Origin: Promethearchaeota archaeon
GTDB lineage: Archaea; Asgardarchaeota; Lokiarchaeia; Sigyniarchaeales; SOKP01
Direction: 5' to 3'
Length of the DNA: 39,991 nt
Assembly (NCBI GenBank): GCA_048941015.1
Contig: JBHLNZ010000028.1
Span: forward strand, 1-39,991
This document shows, piece after piece, positions 19,190-29,301 of this stretch. The notes beneath the pieces are model-generated. The model saw only the letters and a list, made by a program, of their open reading frames with translations, had not been told where the DNA came from and made no database searches. Every line of letters begins with the position of its first letter. The first letter of the stretch is position 1. A program made the position numbers and the translations under genes.

Positions 19190-20041
19190 TTAAGCAGCTA
19201 CATATAGTCTCCCATTTACTCCAATTTTAACTTTTCCTGTCTTTTTATCAATGACTGAATGATTCTTTTTAACTGAATGATCACCGCTATATTCTACAAA
19301 TTTACCAGTTATTTTTTCTCCATTTGGTAGTTCAATCTCCTTAACTTCGCCAATTTTTTTAAAAGAAGGTAAAATTCTTGAAACCTTTCCTTTCACTACT
19401 ATGGTACCCTGAATTTGATCAGCCCCTGCGCATCTGTCAACATTTCCTTCTATAATTGCTGTTGCTCCATGATTGTGGATCCCCAAGAAAGAGCCTGCAC
19501 TTCCACATATTAAAGTTGGAAATCTTTTTGCCGCAACAGAACCATTTGCCCAAGTTAAAGCTTCATTTCCTATTTTTCCTTTGACAGTAATTTTTCCATT
19601 TTTCATCCCCTGCCAATTCCCTCTATATGCAGCACCAACATAATGTCCTGCATCTCCAGTGATTTCTAATTCTCCTCCTTGGAGCATAGCCCCGGCCCAA
19701 TCATCAGCATTACCATTAATAATTATTTTACCGCCCTTCATCTGATTTCCAACGTGCATACCTACATTACCATTAATTACAATTTCACCGCCAGTCATTT
19801 TTTCTCCAATCCTTTTTACTTTAGACAAATCGCCATCAATAATGATTTTTGTATCATTAATTTCTCCTGGTTTACCAGAAACATCAAAAAAACTTCCTAA
19901 AGTAACAATATCTTTTCCGTAAAATAATACTAATTTCTTAATTTCGGCAACAGTTTTACCAACAAAATTATTTGGAGAAATGATATCTGCTTCTAAAGGT
20001 AAATCTATTTTCTTTTTTAACTTTAGCTTGACTTCTACCAT
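19190..20041 (-). CDS. fwdC: Formylmethanofuran dehydrogenase subunit C
   Basis: PLEADIISP, repeated M-x-GG-x-I-x-I-x-G (GXGXG beta-helix), GAAYRG and YSGD. Confidence 0.92.
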   Translation of the reverse strand: MVEVKLKLKKKIDLPLEADIISPNNFVGKTVAEIKKLVLFYGKDIVTLGSFFDVSGKPGEINDTKIIIDGDLSKVKRIGEKMTGGEIVINGNVGMHVGNQMKGGKIIINGNADDWAGAMLQGGELEITGDAGHYVGAAYRGNWQGMKNGKITVKGKIGNEALTWANGSVAAKRFPTLICGSAGSFLGIHNHGATAIIEGNVDRCAGADQIQGTIVVKGKVSRILPSFKKIGEVKEIELPNGEKITGKFVEYSGDHSVKKNHSVIDKKTGKVKIGVNGRLYVAA

Positions 20042-20044
20042 TGT

Positions 20045-21373
20045 TTATTCACCTTTTTTCTCCTTAACTTTGTGAATTAATCTTTCCAAAATCTCTCTAT
20101 CGGATAATGATTCTCCAGGAGCTTCTTTTACCTTTCTTAGTCGTAAAGGTACTTTATCCATTCTGTAAGCAGTTCCTTCACATTCAATACCAGCAAATGC
20201 AGCAGGTAAAATAACGTCAGCAAAAGCGGTGGTTGGTGTTTCATGGGGATCAATTGAAATTAAAGGATGCTTAAACATATTCTTTACAGATGCTGCAGGA
20301 AAATTACTTGCGGGATCAGATGCAACAATCAATGCAGCATCAACTTCATCTCGCATTAAGAGATCAACTGAGGAAAATTCTCCTGGATTATAACGGGGAT
20401 ATCCTCTTGAAAAATCGATAGAATAGCCATATCCTGTATTCCATGTAAAAACTTGATTTGCTCCAGCTACATTATAATGACCTCGCATAGGAGTTAACAA
20501 AAATTTTGTATAATCATTTAACTCTCGTGTGAGACAAATTGCTGAATCGACGTTACGATGATGTGCTAGCGTTTGAGTTAATCCCATACCGAAAAATATT
20601 ACACCAAACTTACATGATTTCAAAATTTCAACTAATTTTTTTATATCTTCCATCGAAACTCCAGAGACTTCATCCTCATCTAATTCTGTTCCTCTTACCA
20701 TAGCTCTAATTGCATTCAATAATTCATAATCTTCGTTAGGATTAACTTTGATATATAAATCAGCTATTTGAGCTGTATGAGTATTTCTTGGATCGACTAC
20801 TACTATGAATCTATCGTTCCTACCATCTCTTCGAAAGTATCCCCTAACAAAATCGCTATATCTCCCAAGATGACGAGGATGAGCATGAACAGGATTACAA
20901 CCCCAGAAAATTACAAGATCGGCTCTATTTTTATATTCTCCTAATGTAGATAATGGTGCTCCGACATCTTGTATTGCTAACATACTTGGGCCATGACATA
21001 CAGAAGCAGTATTATCCAAAATAGCTCCCAGAATCTCAGCTAATTCTACACCTTTGCTTTGAGCTTCACATTCTGTTGATGAAAAACCATAAAGTAAAGG
21101 CCGCTTAGCTTTCACTAAAATATCTGCAGCTTTGTCGATTGCTTCTTCCCAGTTGACTTCCTTATATGAACCATTTTCTCTTATTCTCGGTTTTAAATAT
21201 CTGTGCTCACTTGGATTTGATGAGAAGAATTTCTTAGTGCCTATTTGACATCCATTTCTTACTTCTACAACTACATTTTCTTTAATATCAATATCTACTT
21301 CAAGATCATCACATAAAGTCCCACAAAAAGGGCACACTACATCATAAACAGTATGAATTTTCTTTTCAACCAT
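20045..21373 (-). CDS. fwdB: Formylmethanofuran dehydrogenase subunit B (Mo/W-pterin)
   Basis: CPFCGTLCDD, SVCHGP, KNRADL, HAHPRH, PMRGHYNV, GTAYRMD. Confidence 0.95.
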   Translation of the reverse strand: MVEKKIHTVYDVVCPFCGTLCDDLEVDIDIKENVVVEVRNGCQIGTKKFFSSNPSEHRYLKPRIRENGSYKEVNWEEAIDKAADILVKAKRPLLYGFSSTECEAQSKGVELAEILGAILDNTASVCHGPSMLAIQDVGAPLSTLGEYKNRADLVIFWGCNPVHAHPRHLGRYSDFVRGYFRRDGRNDRFIVVVDPRNTHTAQIADLYIKVNPNEDYELLNAIRAMVRGTELDEDEVSGVSMEDIKKLVEILKSCKFGVIFFGMGLTQTLAHHRNVDSAICLTRELNDYTKFLLTPMRGHYNVAGANQVFTWNTGYGYSIDFSRGYPRYNPGEFSSVDLLMRDEVDAALIVASDPASNFPAASVKNMFKHPLISIDPHETPTTAFADVILPAAFAGIECEGTAYRMDKVPLRLRKVKEAPGESLSDREILERLIHKVKEKKGE

Positions 21374-21376
21374 ATT

Positions 21377-21772
21377 TTATGCCTCCTTTAATTGTCTTAT
21401 TAAATCTAAAGCATCTAAAACCTTTCCATCTTTTACAACTTCAACCTTTGCTTTCATACCTTTATAGGTTGGAGTTCCACATGATTGAGAATCGGGATTT
21501 ACAACTTGATTAGCCCAAGGACCCATTGGAATAAATATTATTCCGCGATGTGGCCCTTCTTCTGAAATTGTCGAATAAACCATAACTTCACCATAGTTTG
21601 TTATTACTTTTACCGGAGTACCGGTAAGGCAATCCAATTTTTTAAAATCCTCTTTGTCAAAAGCACAGATTGCTGCAGCTCTAACATTCTCTTTGGTGGT
21701 TTTTCCACCTTCTAAAGCTACTCCTTGGTTTATTGTTCGTCCTGTTAATAATATTAAATTATCTAAACTCAT
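21377..21772 (-). CDS. fwdD: Formylmethanofuran dehydrogenase subunit D
   Basis: LLTGRTINQG, FIPMGPWAN, GTPTYKG; lies directly upstream of fwdB. Confidence 0.92.
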   Translation of the reverse strand: MSLDNLILLTGRTINQGVALEGGKTTKENVRAAAICAFDKEDFKKLDCLTGTPVKVITNYGEVMVYSTISEEGPHRGIIFIPMGPWANQVVNPDSQSCGTPTYKGMKAKVEVVKDGKVLDALDLIRQLKEA

Positions 21773-21775
21773 GAT

Positions 21776-22483
21776 TTAAGCCTCCTTTTTGCTCCATCTT
21801 AGAGTTTTTAATCTTTCGACTAATGGGGGCCAAAATAATTCGCTAAATTCTCCGGAGGTTCTAACCTCGGTTATCTCTAATTGTAAAGCGCCAGTAGGGC
21901 AAGCGTTATCACATGCACCACACGCTACACAAGCATCAGGATCAACTACTTCTACGTTTTTTGACATCTCCCAACCATGTTCAGGGCGCTTAGCTATTTC
22001 AATTGTCCCTGATGGGCATACTTCAGCACAGGATCCACATCCTTTAGCACATTCTTCATCAATAACACTTACTTCAGCTTTTGCATATTGCTTTGCTATT
22101 CTGTCTGTTTTCAACGTTTTTGCTTCAAACTCTATTTTTGGTACTACCTTCTGAGTAACGATAGGAATATCTTCTAAATTTATTACTTCACCATCTTTTT
22201 TAAGAGTTAAAGCGCTAAAAGGACACATTACAACACAACTACCACAAAAAACACATTTCCGTGGGTTATATACTTCTGGAATAATCTCTTCGGTTCCAGG
22301 AAATCTTCTTGAATAACCAACTGGCCCACGAGATATCGCTTCTTTTGGGCAGATTCGAGCACATGTCCCACATCCTACACATTTATTTCTATCAAGAATT
22401 AATTCTAGACTTTCAGTAAGGAATTGAACTTTAACATGTTCACTATCTTTGGTTATACTTCTTGATATTTTTGGAAACGACAT
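21776..22483 (-). CDS. Polyferredoxin (4 x [4Fe-4S] motifs), FwdF-like
   Basis: CVGCGTCARICP, CVFCGSCVVMCP, CAKGCGSCAEVCP and CVACGACDNACP; inside the fwd operon. Confidence 0.85.
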   Translation of the reverse strand: MSFPKISRSITKDSEHVKVQFLTESLELILDRNKCVGCGTCARICPKEAISRGPVGYSRRFPGTEEIIPEVYNPRKCVFCGSCVVMCPFSALTLKKDGEVINLEDIPIVTQKVVPKIEFEAKTLKTDRIAKQYAKAEVSVIDEECAKGCGSCAEVCPSGTIEIAKRPEHGWEMSKNVEVVDPDACVACGACDNACPTGALQLEITEVRTSGEFSELFWPPLVERLKTLRWSKKEA

Positions 22484-22487
22484 TTAT

Positions 22488-22745
22488 CTAAAAACCTTCT
22501 ACACATTCAATTCTAATAGCAACTTGAGGACACATTTTAACACACACTCCACATCCATCACAGTTAATATCTCTTTCTTCATTATAGATTGGTGTAGCAA
22601 TACCATTCTTTACAAGTATTACTGCATTAATTTCATTCAAAAAACTCTGTTTTCTTAACTGGTTAAAATTTATAGGGCAAGAAACAACACAGGCATTACA
22701 ACCAGTACAAGTGTTCCTATTTATTTTCAATTTGTAAATCTGCAT
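22488..22745 (-). CDS. fwdG: 2[4Fe-4S] ferredoxin, FwdG-like
   Basis: CTGCNACVVSCP and CDGCGVCVKMCP; operon context. Confidence 0.8.
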   Translation of the reverse strand: MQIYKLKINRNTCTGCNACVVSCPINFNQLRKQSFLNEINAVILVKNGIATPIYNEERDINCDGCGVCVKMCPQVAIRIECVEGF

Positions 22746-22746
22746 C

Positions 22747-23172
22747 TCATTTTGCCTCCATTTTAATTGGATTTGGACCTAATTCTTTTAATTCTTTAAC
22801 AAATTCTTCTACAATTTCAGTTAATTCTGCTCCTTCCGAAGCGGATACATAGGTATATTTAACACGTTTAGGATTGATGCCAAATTGTTTCAAATAAAGT
22901 TGAAGCATTGGCAATTTTCTAATTGTTTTATAATTTCCTTCTACATAATGACAATCTCCCGGGTGGCAATGCGAAACTAATACGCCATCTGCACCATTCA
23001 TTAAGGCATCTAAAACAAAACTTGGTTCAATACGACCACCGCACATAACCCTCATAATTCTTAAATTAGCGGGTCGTTGCATTCGAGAAGTTCCTGCTTG
23101 GTCGGCTCCAGCGTATGTACACCAATTACAGCAAATACCTAATATATATGGGTTAAACTCATTTTTAGACAT
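22747..23172 (-). CDS. mvhD: Hydrogenase/Hdr adaptor [2Fe-2S] subunit MvhD
   Basis: CCNWCTYAGAD, RVMCGGR, GADGV, CHPGDCHY, SASEG, LGPNP. Confidence 0.93.
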   Translation of the reverse strand: MSKNEFNPYILGICCNWCTYAGADQAGTSRMQRPANLRIMRVMCGGRIEPSFVLDALMNGADGVLVSHCHPGDCHYVEGNYKTIRKLPMLQLYLKQFGINPKRVKYTYVSASEGAELTEIVEEFVKELKELGPNPIKMEAK

Positions 23173-23327
23173 TATAATTCAATTCTATTCTTTTAAAATC
23201 AATATCTTTTCAGTAAATTATAATAATATCCAATTAAAATTATGTAATAATCTTATTTTTTAGAAAGTATTGTATTTTAAAAAATTTAGTATAGCGATTA
23301 ATAAAACCTTGTTTTTTATAAAATTGA

Positions 23328-23349
23328 AAAAAATAAATAAAAAAAAAAA
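23328..23349 (-). terminator. Probable archaeal oligo-U terminator downstream of the ABC operon
   Basis: Long A tracts on + (T tracts on -) just after the stop of 23359..23829. Confidence 0.4.
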
Positions 23350-23358
23350 GATTTGTTT

Positions 23359-23829
23359 TTAATCTAATTCATTAAGAAACTCATCAAGCTTTTTCGATTC
23401 TTCGTTCGTACTTTGAGTTTTTTCAGGATAAATCCATCCAAAAATTATACCAAGAATTACACCAATAGCAATAGCCAATATCAAGAAAATAATACGTTGC
23501 ATTAAAAAAATTGGCGAATCTATTTCATGATGAGTGAAAACATAAATCCATTCATAAACAGTAATTGTTATTGCAGAGATTAATGATCCATAGAATCCAA
23601 TTGTTAACCCTAATTTTAAAGAAGATTGATCAACTTTCCTATTTTTAAAACTAAAGATCAAGGAGATTATACCCCCAAATAGCATATCGACATCTCCGGG
23701 ATAGATTAGACTAAAAGGATTAATTATATACGCTAAAAAAGCGAAAATATCGAAAATAATAATACCTGACAAGATATTATTTTCTTTTGCTTTGCTGTAA
23801 AGATTAAAAATAAATGGAATAAAAATCAC
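23359..23829 (-). CDS. Hypothetical small membrane protein
   Basis: About 4 TM; follows the ABC ATPase gene after 16 bp. Confidence 0.65.
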   Translation of the reverse strand: MIFIPFIFNLYSKAKENNILSGIIIFDIFAFLAYIINPFSLIYPGDVDMLFGGIISLIFSFKNRKVDQSSLKLGLTIGFYGSLISAITITVYEWIYVFTHHEIDSPIFLMQRIIFLILAIAIGVILGIIFGWIYPEKTQSTNEESKKLDEFLNELD

Positions 23830-23845
23830 CCATGATTATTCAGTT

Positions 23846-24955
23846 TTAATGTCTTTCAGGATCTTTATATAAAAGATTTTTCTCTGTATCCTTATCAAAA
23901 ATATATAATTTCTCTACTGGAAATGAAATATAAGATTTATCACCCATTTTTGCGGGATAGTATCCGGGAGTTGATATGATAATAGATTTTTTATCTGAAA
24001 ATTCAATTGTTACCAGTGTTTCCGCACCAAGATATTCTACAACAGTTATTTTTATCTCATACGAATTTTCGTGGGGCTCTGGAGTAATTTTTATATGTTC
24101 AGGTCGTATCCCTAATTTATAAAGATTTGTTGGAGTACTTTTTAAAATACTAACAAACTCATCAGGAACTTCATATGTTATGTCTGCAAATTTAAGTGAA
24201 TTGTTATTATCTTCAAATTGAACATCTATAAAATTCATTGAAGGTGATCCTATAAAACCTGCTACAAACATGTTAAAAGGATTATTATAAACTTCAGTTG
24301 GAGTTCCTATTTGTTGAAATCTTCCATCATGTAAAATAGCTATTCGATCAGCCATTGACATTGCTTCGACTTGATCATGAGTCACATAAACTTGTGTAAT
24401 TCCTAACTTCCTTTGTAATTTTATAATCTCGCCACGCATTTGTATTCTTAATTTAGCGTCTAAATTACTTAGTGGCTCATCAAAAAGAAATACGGTAGGA
24501 TTGCGGACAATTGATCTTCCTAAAGCTACTCTTTGGCGTTGACCTCCGCTCAATTCACCAGGTCTGCGATCAAGCAAGGGTAAAATCCCTAATAATTCCG
24601 CAGCATATTCAACTCTAGTGTTAATTTCTTCTGAATCCATACCAGATAATTTCAAAGCAAATCCCATATTTTGACGAACATTCATATGCGGATATAGAGC
24701 ATAACTCTGAAATACCATTGCCACTTTTCTTCCTTTAGGGGGTATGAATGTTACATCCACATCATCGAAAAGAACACGTCCATCAGAAACAAATTCTAAA
24801 CCAGCAATTATATTTAAACAAGTTGATTTTCCACATCCAGAAGGTCCAACTAGCACCATAAATTCCTCATCTTTGATTTCTAGATTTATATTCTTTAAAA
24901 CGTGAACATCTGGTTCAAAAATTTTATTTACATTTTCTAATTTTATTTTGACCAT
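23846..24955 (-). CDS. malK: Sugar ABC transporter ATP-binding protein (MalK/UgpC family)
   Basis: GPSGCGKST, VFQSYALYPHM, LSGGQRQR, DEPLSNLD, FVAGFIGSP, GIRPEH (TOBE). Confidence 0.92.
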   Translation of the reverse strand: MVKIKLENVNKIFEPDVHVLKNINLEIKDEEFMVLVGPSGCGKSTCLNIIAGLEFVSDGRVLFDDVDVTFIPPKGRKVAMVFQSYALYPHMNVRQNMGFALKLSGMDSEEINTRVEYAAELLGILPLLDRRPGELSGGQRQRVALGRSIVRNPTVFLFDEPLSNLDAKLRIQMRGEIIKLQRKLGITQVYVTHDQVEAMSMADRIAILHDGRFQQIGTPTEVYNNPFNMFVAGFIGSPSMNFIDVQFEDNNNSLKFADITYEVPDEFVSILKSTPTNLYKLGIRPEHIKITPEPHENSYEIKITVVEYLGAETLVTIEFSDKKSIIISTPGYYPAKMGDKSYISFPVEKLYIFDKDTEKNLLYKDPERH

Positions 24956-24976
24956 CTTAAAATCACCCTAATTTTA

Positions 24977-27430
24977 TTAACCTTTAACTGCGCCTCTTGT
25001 TAAACCACTAATTATTTTCTTTTGGAATATCAAAACTACAATAACTAAAGGTATTGTTGCAATAGTAGTTGCTGCCAATAATGCTATATCTGTGTCCCAA
25101 GTAGCCGTTAAGCTTTGTGGATTTCTGACATATCTCAAAATTGCTCGAGGAACAGTATGATTTATGGGACTGGTAAGAAATATTTGAGCAAATAATAATT
25201 CATTCCAAGAAGCTATGAATACTAATATAGCAGTTGTAAAAATGCCAGGAATCGTTAACGGTAAAATTATTTTTCTGAATATTTGAAAATTTGAAGCCCC
25301 ATCAACTTTAGCAGCTTTCCATAAATCTTCAGGAATTTCTTTGAAAAAGGCAACTAAAATAAATACTCCCAATGGCAAATTGAATGCAGCATAAGGTAAA
25401 ACTAATCCCATTAAATTATCACGTAGATCAAAAAATTTTTTGATCCAATTAGCAACAAACGGTGAAAAAATAATTGCCATCACAGAGATGATTACAATTA
25501 TACTTATAGTTATAAGTACTTTTTTCGAGGCTTTAATTCTATCTTTTGCAATTGCTAGTAACGCAATTAGTATGGTAGCAATTATGATTATGATACTAGT
25601 AATTGTCACACCAAGTGGGTTAACTTGGGCTACAAATGTCGCTAAACCAACTATTTGAATGTAAAATGGTATTATTATTATTAATGGCGGCAGACTATTC
25701 ATAGAAAAGATGAACCCATTTAAACCTCTTTTAAATTTAAAAGAAAATTTCGCTAAAGCATAAGCTATTAATGAACCAGCAATTAAAACCACTAAAACAG
25801 TTGTTCCTGAAAGAATAAATCCATTTAAAAGGGCTCTTTCAAATGTAACTCCATATACTGCCCTACTCCCAAAAATTACCCCATAAGCTCCTGTCGAAAA
25901 ATAATTTATAAACTCAATGCCTGTTTGTGTAAATTTAATCAAATTAAATAACTCGAATCCACTTTGAGTTATAAAAGGGTCTCTAAATGATCTAAAAATG
26001 ATCCAAATAAAAGGTCCTGCGCAGAAAAGACACATAATAACTACTAAAATAGAAAAAATAACTTTTTTAATCCTTCTTGAGATAATATACCATTTAACTT
26101 TAGTTTCAGTAATCAATGGGAGCTTTGTAATATTTTTTTTGTTAATTGGAATTTTTTCTTCTTCAATATTTATTGCTGAGATACTTTCTTCTAATTTTGT
26201 GTTATCCTCGTAGTTTTGAGTTAGGATAAGTTGTTTTCTATCTTTAGAAAGGATAGGTATCTGACCTATCCTCTGAAAAATAGATTTTAGCTTTGATCTT
26301 TTACCTTTTTCTCTTCTAGTTAAAAGTGAAATAATAACTCCAAATACAACTATGAATACAAGGAGCATTACTGTAACCGCTGAAGCTAATCCATAATCAC
26401 CATTAAGCCATAGAAGCACAGCATGAGAGGTCATTGAACGAACACTATCATCATTAAAAACTACTATTGCATCATAAACTCTAAGCGCTTGCATCATTCT
26501 AAAAATTAATGCCACACCTACTCCAGGTCTAATTAAAGGCCATGTAACATATCTAAATTTCTGCCAACCACTAGCTCCGGCTATATCTGCCGCTTTATAT
26601 AAATCTTCTGGTACTATTTGTAATGCAGCAAGGATTAATAAAGTTATAAAAGGAGTTGTTTTCCATACATCAATGATAATTGCAGTTATCATCGTCATTG
26701 TGAACTCTAATTCCGTTAAATATGCAATTAACGTTAATATAATTAATGATATTATTATACTCGCCATACTTATTATTCTCTTTTTCGAAGTACCTAACTT
26801 TTTCTGATATATAGCAATGAAAATCATAATTGCTAAAAAAATTGCAAGTCCAATATTAATTATCATTAGAAAATCGCCTAATTTAAAAATTTCAGCATCA
26901 GGTCCAAAGAAATCGATTGGTCGGCCCCCAAATAAACCTATAAGGCTATTGACTAAACCATATTCATCTGCTGTATTGAAAATTTCAAATCTAAAAATAG
27001 TCGCTGACGCCACTGTAGGGATTGCCCAAGGTATTAAAAGCGTTGCTCGAGCAATTCCTCTGCCTTTAAATTTTTTATTCAAAAGTAGAGCAAAAATAAG
27101 ACCTAATAGAAATTCGAGTGTTAAAGATATAACTGAAAAAAATAATGTTTGATAAGTATAACGCCAAAAATCACGTGTGTTATAATTTCCATATACTAAA
27201 AGTTCATAATAATTAACAATCGTTAATTTTGATCCAAAATAGCCAATCGATGCCTCACTATCTGTAAAACTAATAAATATACCTGTTACAATTGGAAAAA
27301 GGATTGCTAATGCAAAAATTATCAATCCAGGAAGTAATAAAGTAATAACAAACCCTCTATCCTTCGGTGGTTCGTTTAATTGTTTATCTCTGCCTTCCAA
27401 TTTAAACTTTTTTATTGTAATTGTTTCCAT
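24977..27430 (-). CDS. Fused MalF-MalG-type sugar ABC permease
   Basis: Two EAA-loop-like motifs (LYKAADIAGASGWQKF and LWKAAKVDGASNFQIF), LLIPWAIP, WKTTPF, SWNELLFA and a C-terminal GLTRGAVKG, all in one 817-aa ORF. Confidence 0.9.
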   Translation of the reverse strand: METITIKKFKLEGRDKQLNEPPKDRGFVITLLLPGLIIFALAILFPIVTGIFISFTDSEASIGYFGSKLTIVNYYELLVYGNYNTRDFWRYTYQTLFFSVISLTLEFLLGLIFALLLNKKFKGRGIARATLLIPWAIPTVASATIFRFEIFNTADEYGLVNSLIGLFGGRPIDFFGPDAEIFKLGDFLMIINIGLAIFLAIMIFIAIYQKKLGTSKKRIISMASIIISLIILTLIAYLTELEFTMTMITAIIIDVWKTTPFITLLILAALQIVPEDLYKAADIAGASGWQKFRYVTWPLIRPGVGVALIFRMMQALRVYDAIVVFNDDSVRSMTSHAVLLWLNGDYGLASAVTVMLLVFIVVFGVIISLLTRREKGKRSKLKSIFQRIGQIPILSKDRKQLILTQNYEDNTKLEESISAINIEEEKIPINKKNITKLPLITETKVKWYIISRRIKKVIFSILVVIMCLFCAGPFIWIIFRSFRDPFITQSGFELFNLIKFTQTGIEFINYFSTGAYGVIFGSRAVYGVTFERALLNGFILSGTTVLVVLIAGSLIAYALAKFSFKFKRGLNGFIFSMNSLPPLIIIIPFYIQIVGLATFVAQVNPLGVTITSIIIIIATILIALLAIAKDRIKASKKVLITISIIVIISVMAIIFSPFVANWIKKFFDLRDNLMGLVLPYAAFNLPLGVFILVAFFKEIPEDLWKAAKVDGASNFQIFRKIILPLTIPGIFTTAILVFIASWNELLFAQIFLTSPINHTVPRAILRYVRNPQSLTATWDTDIALLAATTIATIPLVIVVLIFQKKIISGLTRGAVKG

Positions 27431-27507
27431 TTTGTTAACAACGCCTAATAAATATTATTTGATAAAAATAAAAAAAATTAGATTTTAAAATTTGAGTTAC
27501 GATATTT

Positions 27508-29061
27508 TTATTTATTTTTTCTCCTAAGTAAAGCAATTATTCCTATGGTAAATGCAGTTGAGAGAATCAAAATCGCTATACTAAAGCCGGGAATTCCTGG
27601 AACTTCGGGTCTTCCCGCTACAATTTCTTCAAGATCTCTCTGCATTTCCGTTAAAGCATCATCAACACTCTTTTGACAACTTAATAGATCACTGAAATAA
27701 TCAGCGATAGTGTTTGAGATCAATGGATAATCTTGGTGAACTGGTCGAGATAAAGTTAATGGCAATTGGTCTGTCCAGTTTTCAATCCATTCAAACCCAG
27801 CAGGTGGACTACTATAAACGGACATTAAAGCTGGAAAGTTTGAAAGTGGTTGTACACCTGGATCAGCACTTGAATCAGAAGTGAGTTCTGCTTCTTGAGC
27901 TACTGTATCTCCAAGGAATTTAGTAAGATTAACTGCTGCTTCTAGTTCATCTGCTCCTGATGTTGCGGTTGGAATTGCTAAAATAGCACCTCCTACGGCT
28001 GATGTTCTATATCCTGTCGCACCAGCGAAATGAGGTAAAGGAGCAAGACCAAATGATATGCCATCGGAAACTGATTGCCCATAAGGGAATGGCCATTGTC
28101 TCATAAAAATAGTATTTTCTGCGTACCAAACCCCTACAGATGATCCTTCATCATGAACTAGTCCAGATCGAGGAATGATATAGTTATTATAATCAGAATT
28201 TGGACCAATTGGAGGATCTGTATCCGTTAAATTTCCTTGGACTCCTGTATATTGACCAGGAATTAAATCTTTAAGAAATTGCATCGCATAAGCTACATCT
28301 GGATCATCGGCATTTACCGTTCCATCACTAGTAACAACATCTAAGACCCCATTACTTCCACACCACTCGAAAAAGTTAACTACACCACCTTCATATGCAT
28401 CAAATTGGCCAACATAGCCTACAAGATCAGCATCAGCTGTGGTTAACAAACCGCTGCCATTATTAAGTACAAAGTTTGCTGTTGCATTAAGTTCTTCCCA
28501 AGTATCGAAATCCGCTTCTGACCATCCTCCTACTCCAAAATGAGTATCCAATATATCTGTTCTATAGAATAAAATTCCCAGATTATTGAAGTAAGGATAA
28601 GCATATAGATGTCCTTGATAGGTACCCGCATCTACTAAACCAGCAACATAATCATCCATCTCGCCAGCTGTTAAATATGAATCAAGATTTCTAATCCAAC
28701 CATTAGAAGCAAATAATGCGGTCCAAACTACATCTAGGCCAATTACATGGGCTGTAGCTGTGTCTGCTGCCATTAGGGTTTGTAAAAAGACAAGCTGTTC
28801 ATTAGCGGTAGTTCCTGAAGATATGACATCTACTGTATTAACACCAGAACCTAATGGTGAACTTAAAAAGTCATCCGTAACATTTTCAACTCCTGGCATC
28901 TGCTGATCAGTAACTACAATTGTTAAATCAACAAGCTGAGAGGTTTCTGGTTTCGAATAGACATTTATAGGAAAGAGAAAAAAGGTTGTTGTCATTAACG
29001 ATAATAGACTTAAAAGCACAATTACTGCCTTTATATTATATTTCTTAGTCAAAATTTTCAC
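27508..29061 (-). CDS. Sugar (trehalose/maltose-type) ABC solute-binding protein with a C-terminal IPGF-TM-basic anchor
   Basis: N-terminal signal sequence, LDVVW, ILFYRTD, YEG, FMRQWPF, VGGAILAI, RPVHQDY, and a C-terminal IPGFSIAILILSTAFTIGIIALLRRKNK. GTG start. Confidence 0.88.
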   Translation of the reverse strand: MKILTKKYNIKAVIVLLSLLSLMTTTFFLFPINVYSKPETSQLVDLTIVVTDQQMPGVENVTDDFLSSPLGSGVNTVDVISSGTTANEQLVFLQTLMAADTATAHVIGLDVVWTALFASNGWIRNLDSYLTAGEMDDYVAGLVDAGTYQGHLYAYPYFNNLGILFYRTDILDTHFGVGGWSEADFDTWEELNATANFVLNNGSGLLTTADADLVGYVGQFDAYEGGVVNFFEWCGSNGVLDVVTSDGTVNADDPDVAYAMQFLKDLIPGQYTGVQGNLTDTDPPIGPNSDYNNYIIPRSGLVHDEGSSVGVWYAENTIFMRQWPFPYGQSVSDGISFGLAPLPHFAGATGYRTSAVGGAILAIPTATSGADELEAAVNLTKFLGDTVAQEAELTSDSSADPGVQPLSNFPALMSVYSSPPAGFEWIENWTDQLPLTLSRPVHQDYPLISNTIADYFSDLLSCQKSVDDALTEMQRDLEEIVAGRPEVPGIPGFSIAILILSTAFTIGIIALLRRKNK

Positions 29062-29301
29062 TTTTTTGGATTTTCTTTTTATTTTTTAATTTTAGATTAG
29101 ACTTAATTTACGGTTATGTAAAAGTAAGTTAGAGATGAAATACGATAATTTAACTTAAAAACCTTATCATAATAATTTTTAATTCAAAAAACCAAAATGC
29201 TTTAAAACATTATAAAATTGAATTATACGATGAATACTTAAATTAAATCTTAAATTTGAAAAAATAATCGATAATTAATAAAGATAAAAGGTTTAATCAT
29301 A

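Noticed and set aside
20045-23172. Possible selenocysteine recoding in mvhD or fwdB
   Set aside because: The relevant positions are Cys codons and there is no internal TGA. The mvhD TGA is terminal and is followed 1 bp later by the fwdG ATG.
13357-23172. Methanogenesis
   Set aside because: Fwd, Hdr and Mvh are also found in non-methanogenic archaea, and there are no mcr or mtr genes in the window.
29125-29157. TAAGTTA-N19-TAACTTA inverted repeat in the ABC/treT divergent region
   Set aside because: Short and AT-rich, so plausibly chance at this base composition.
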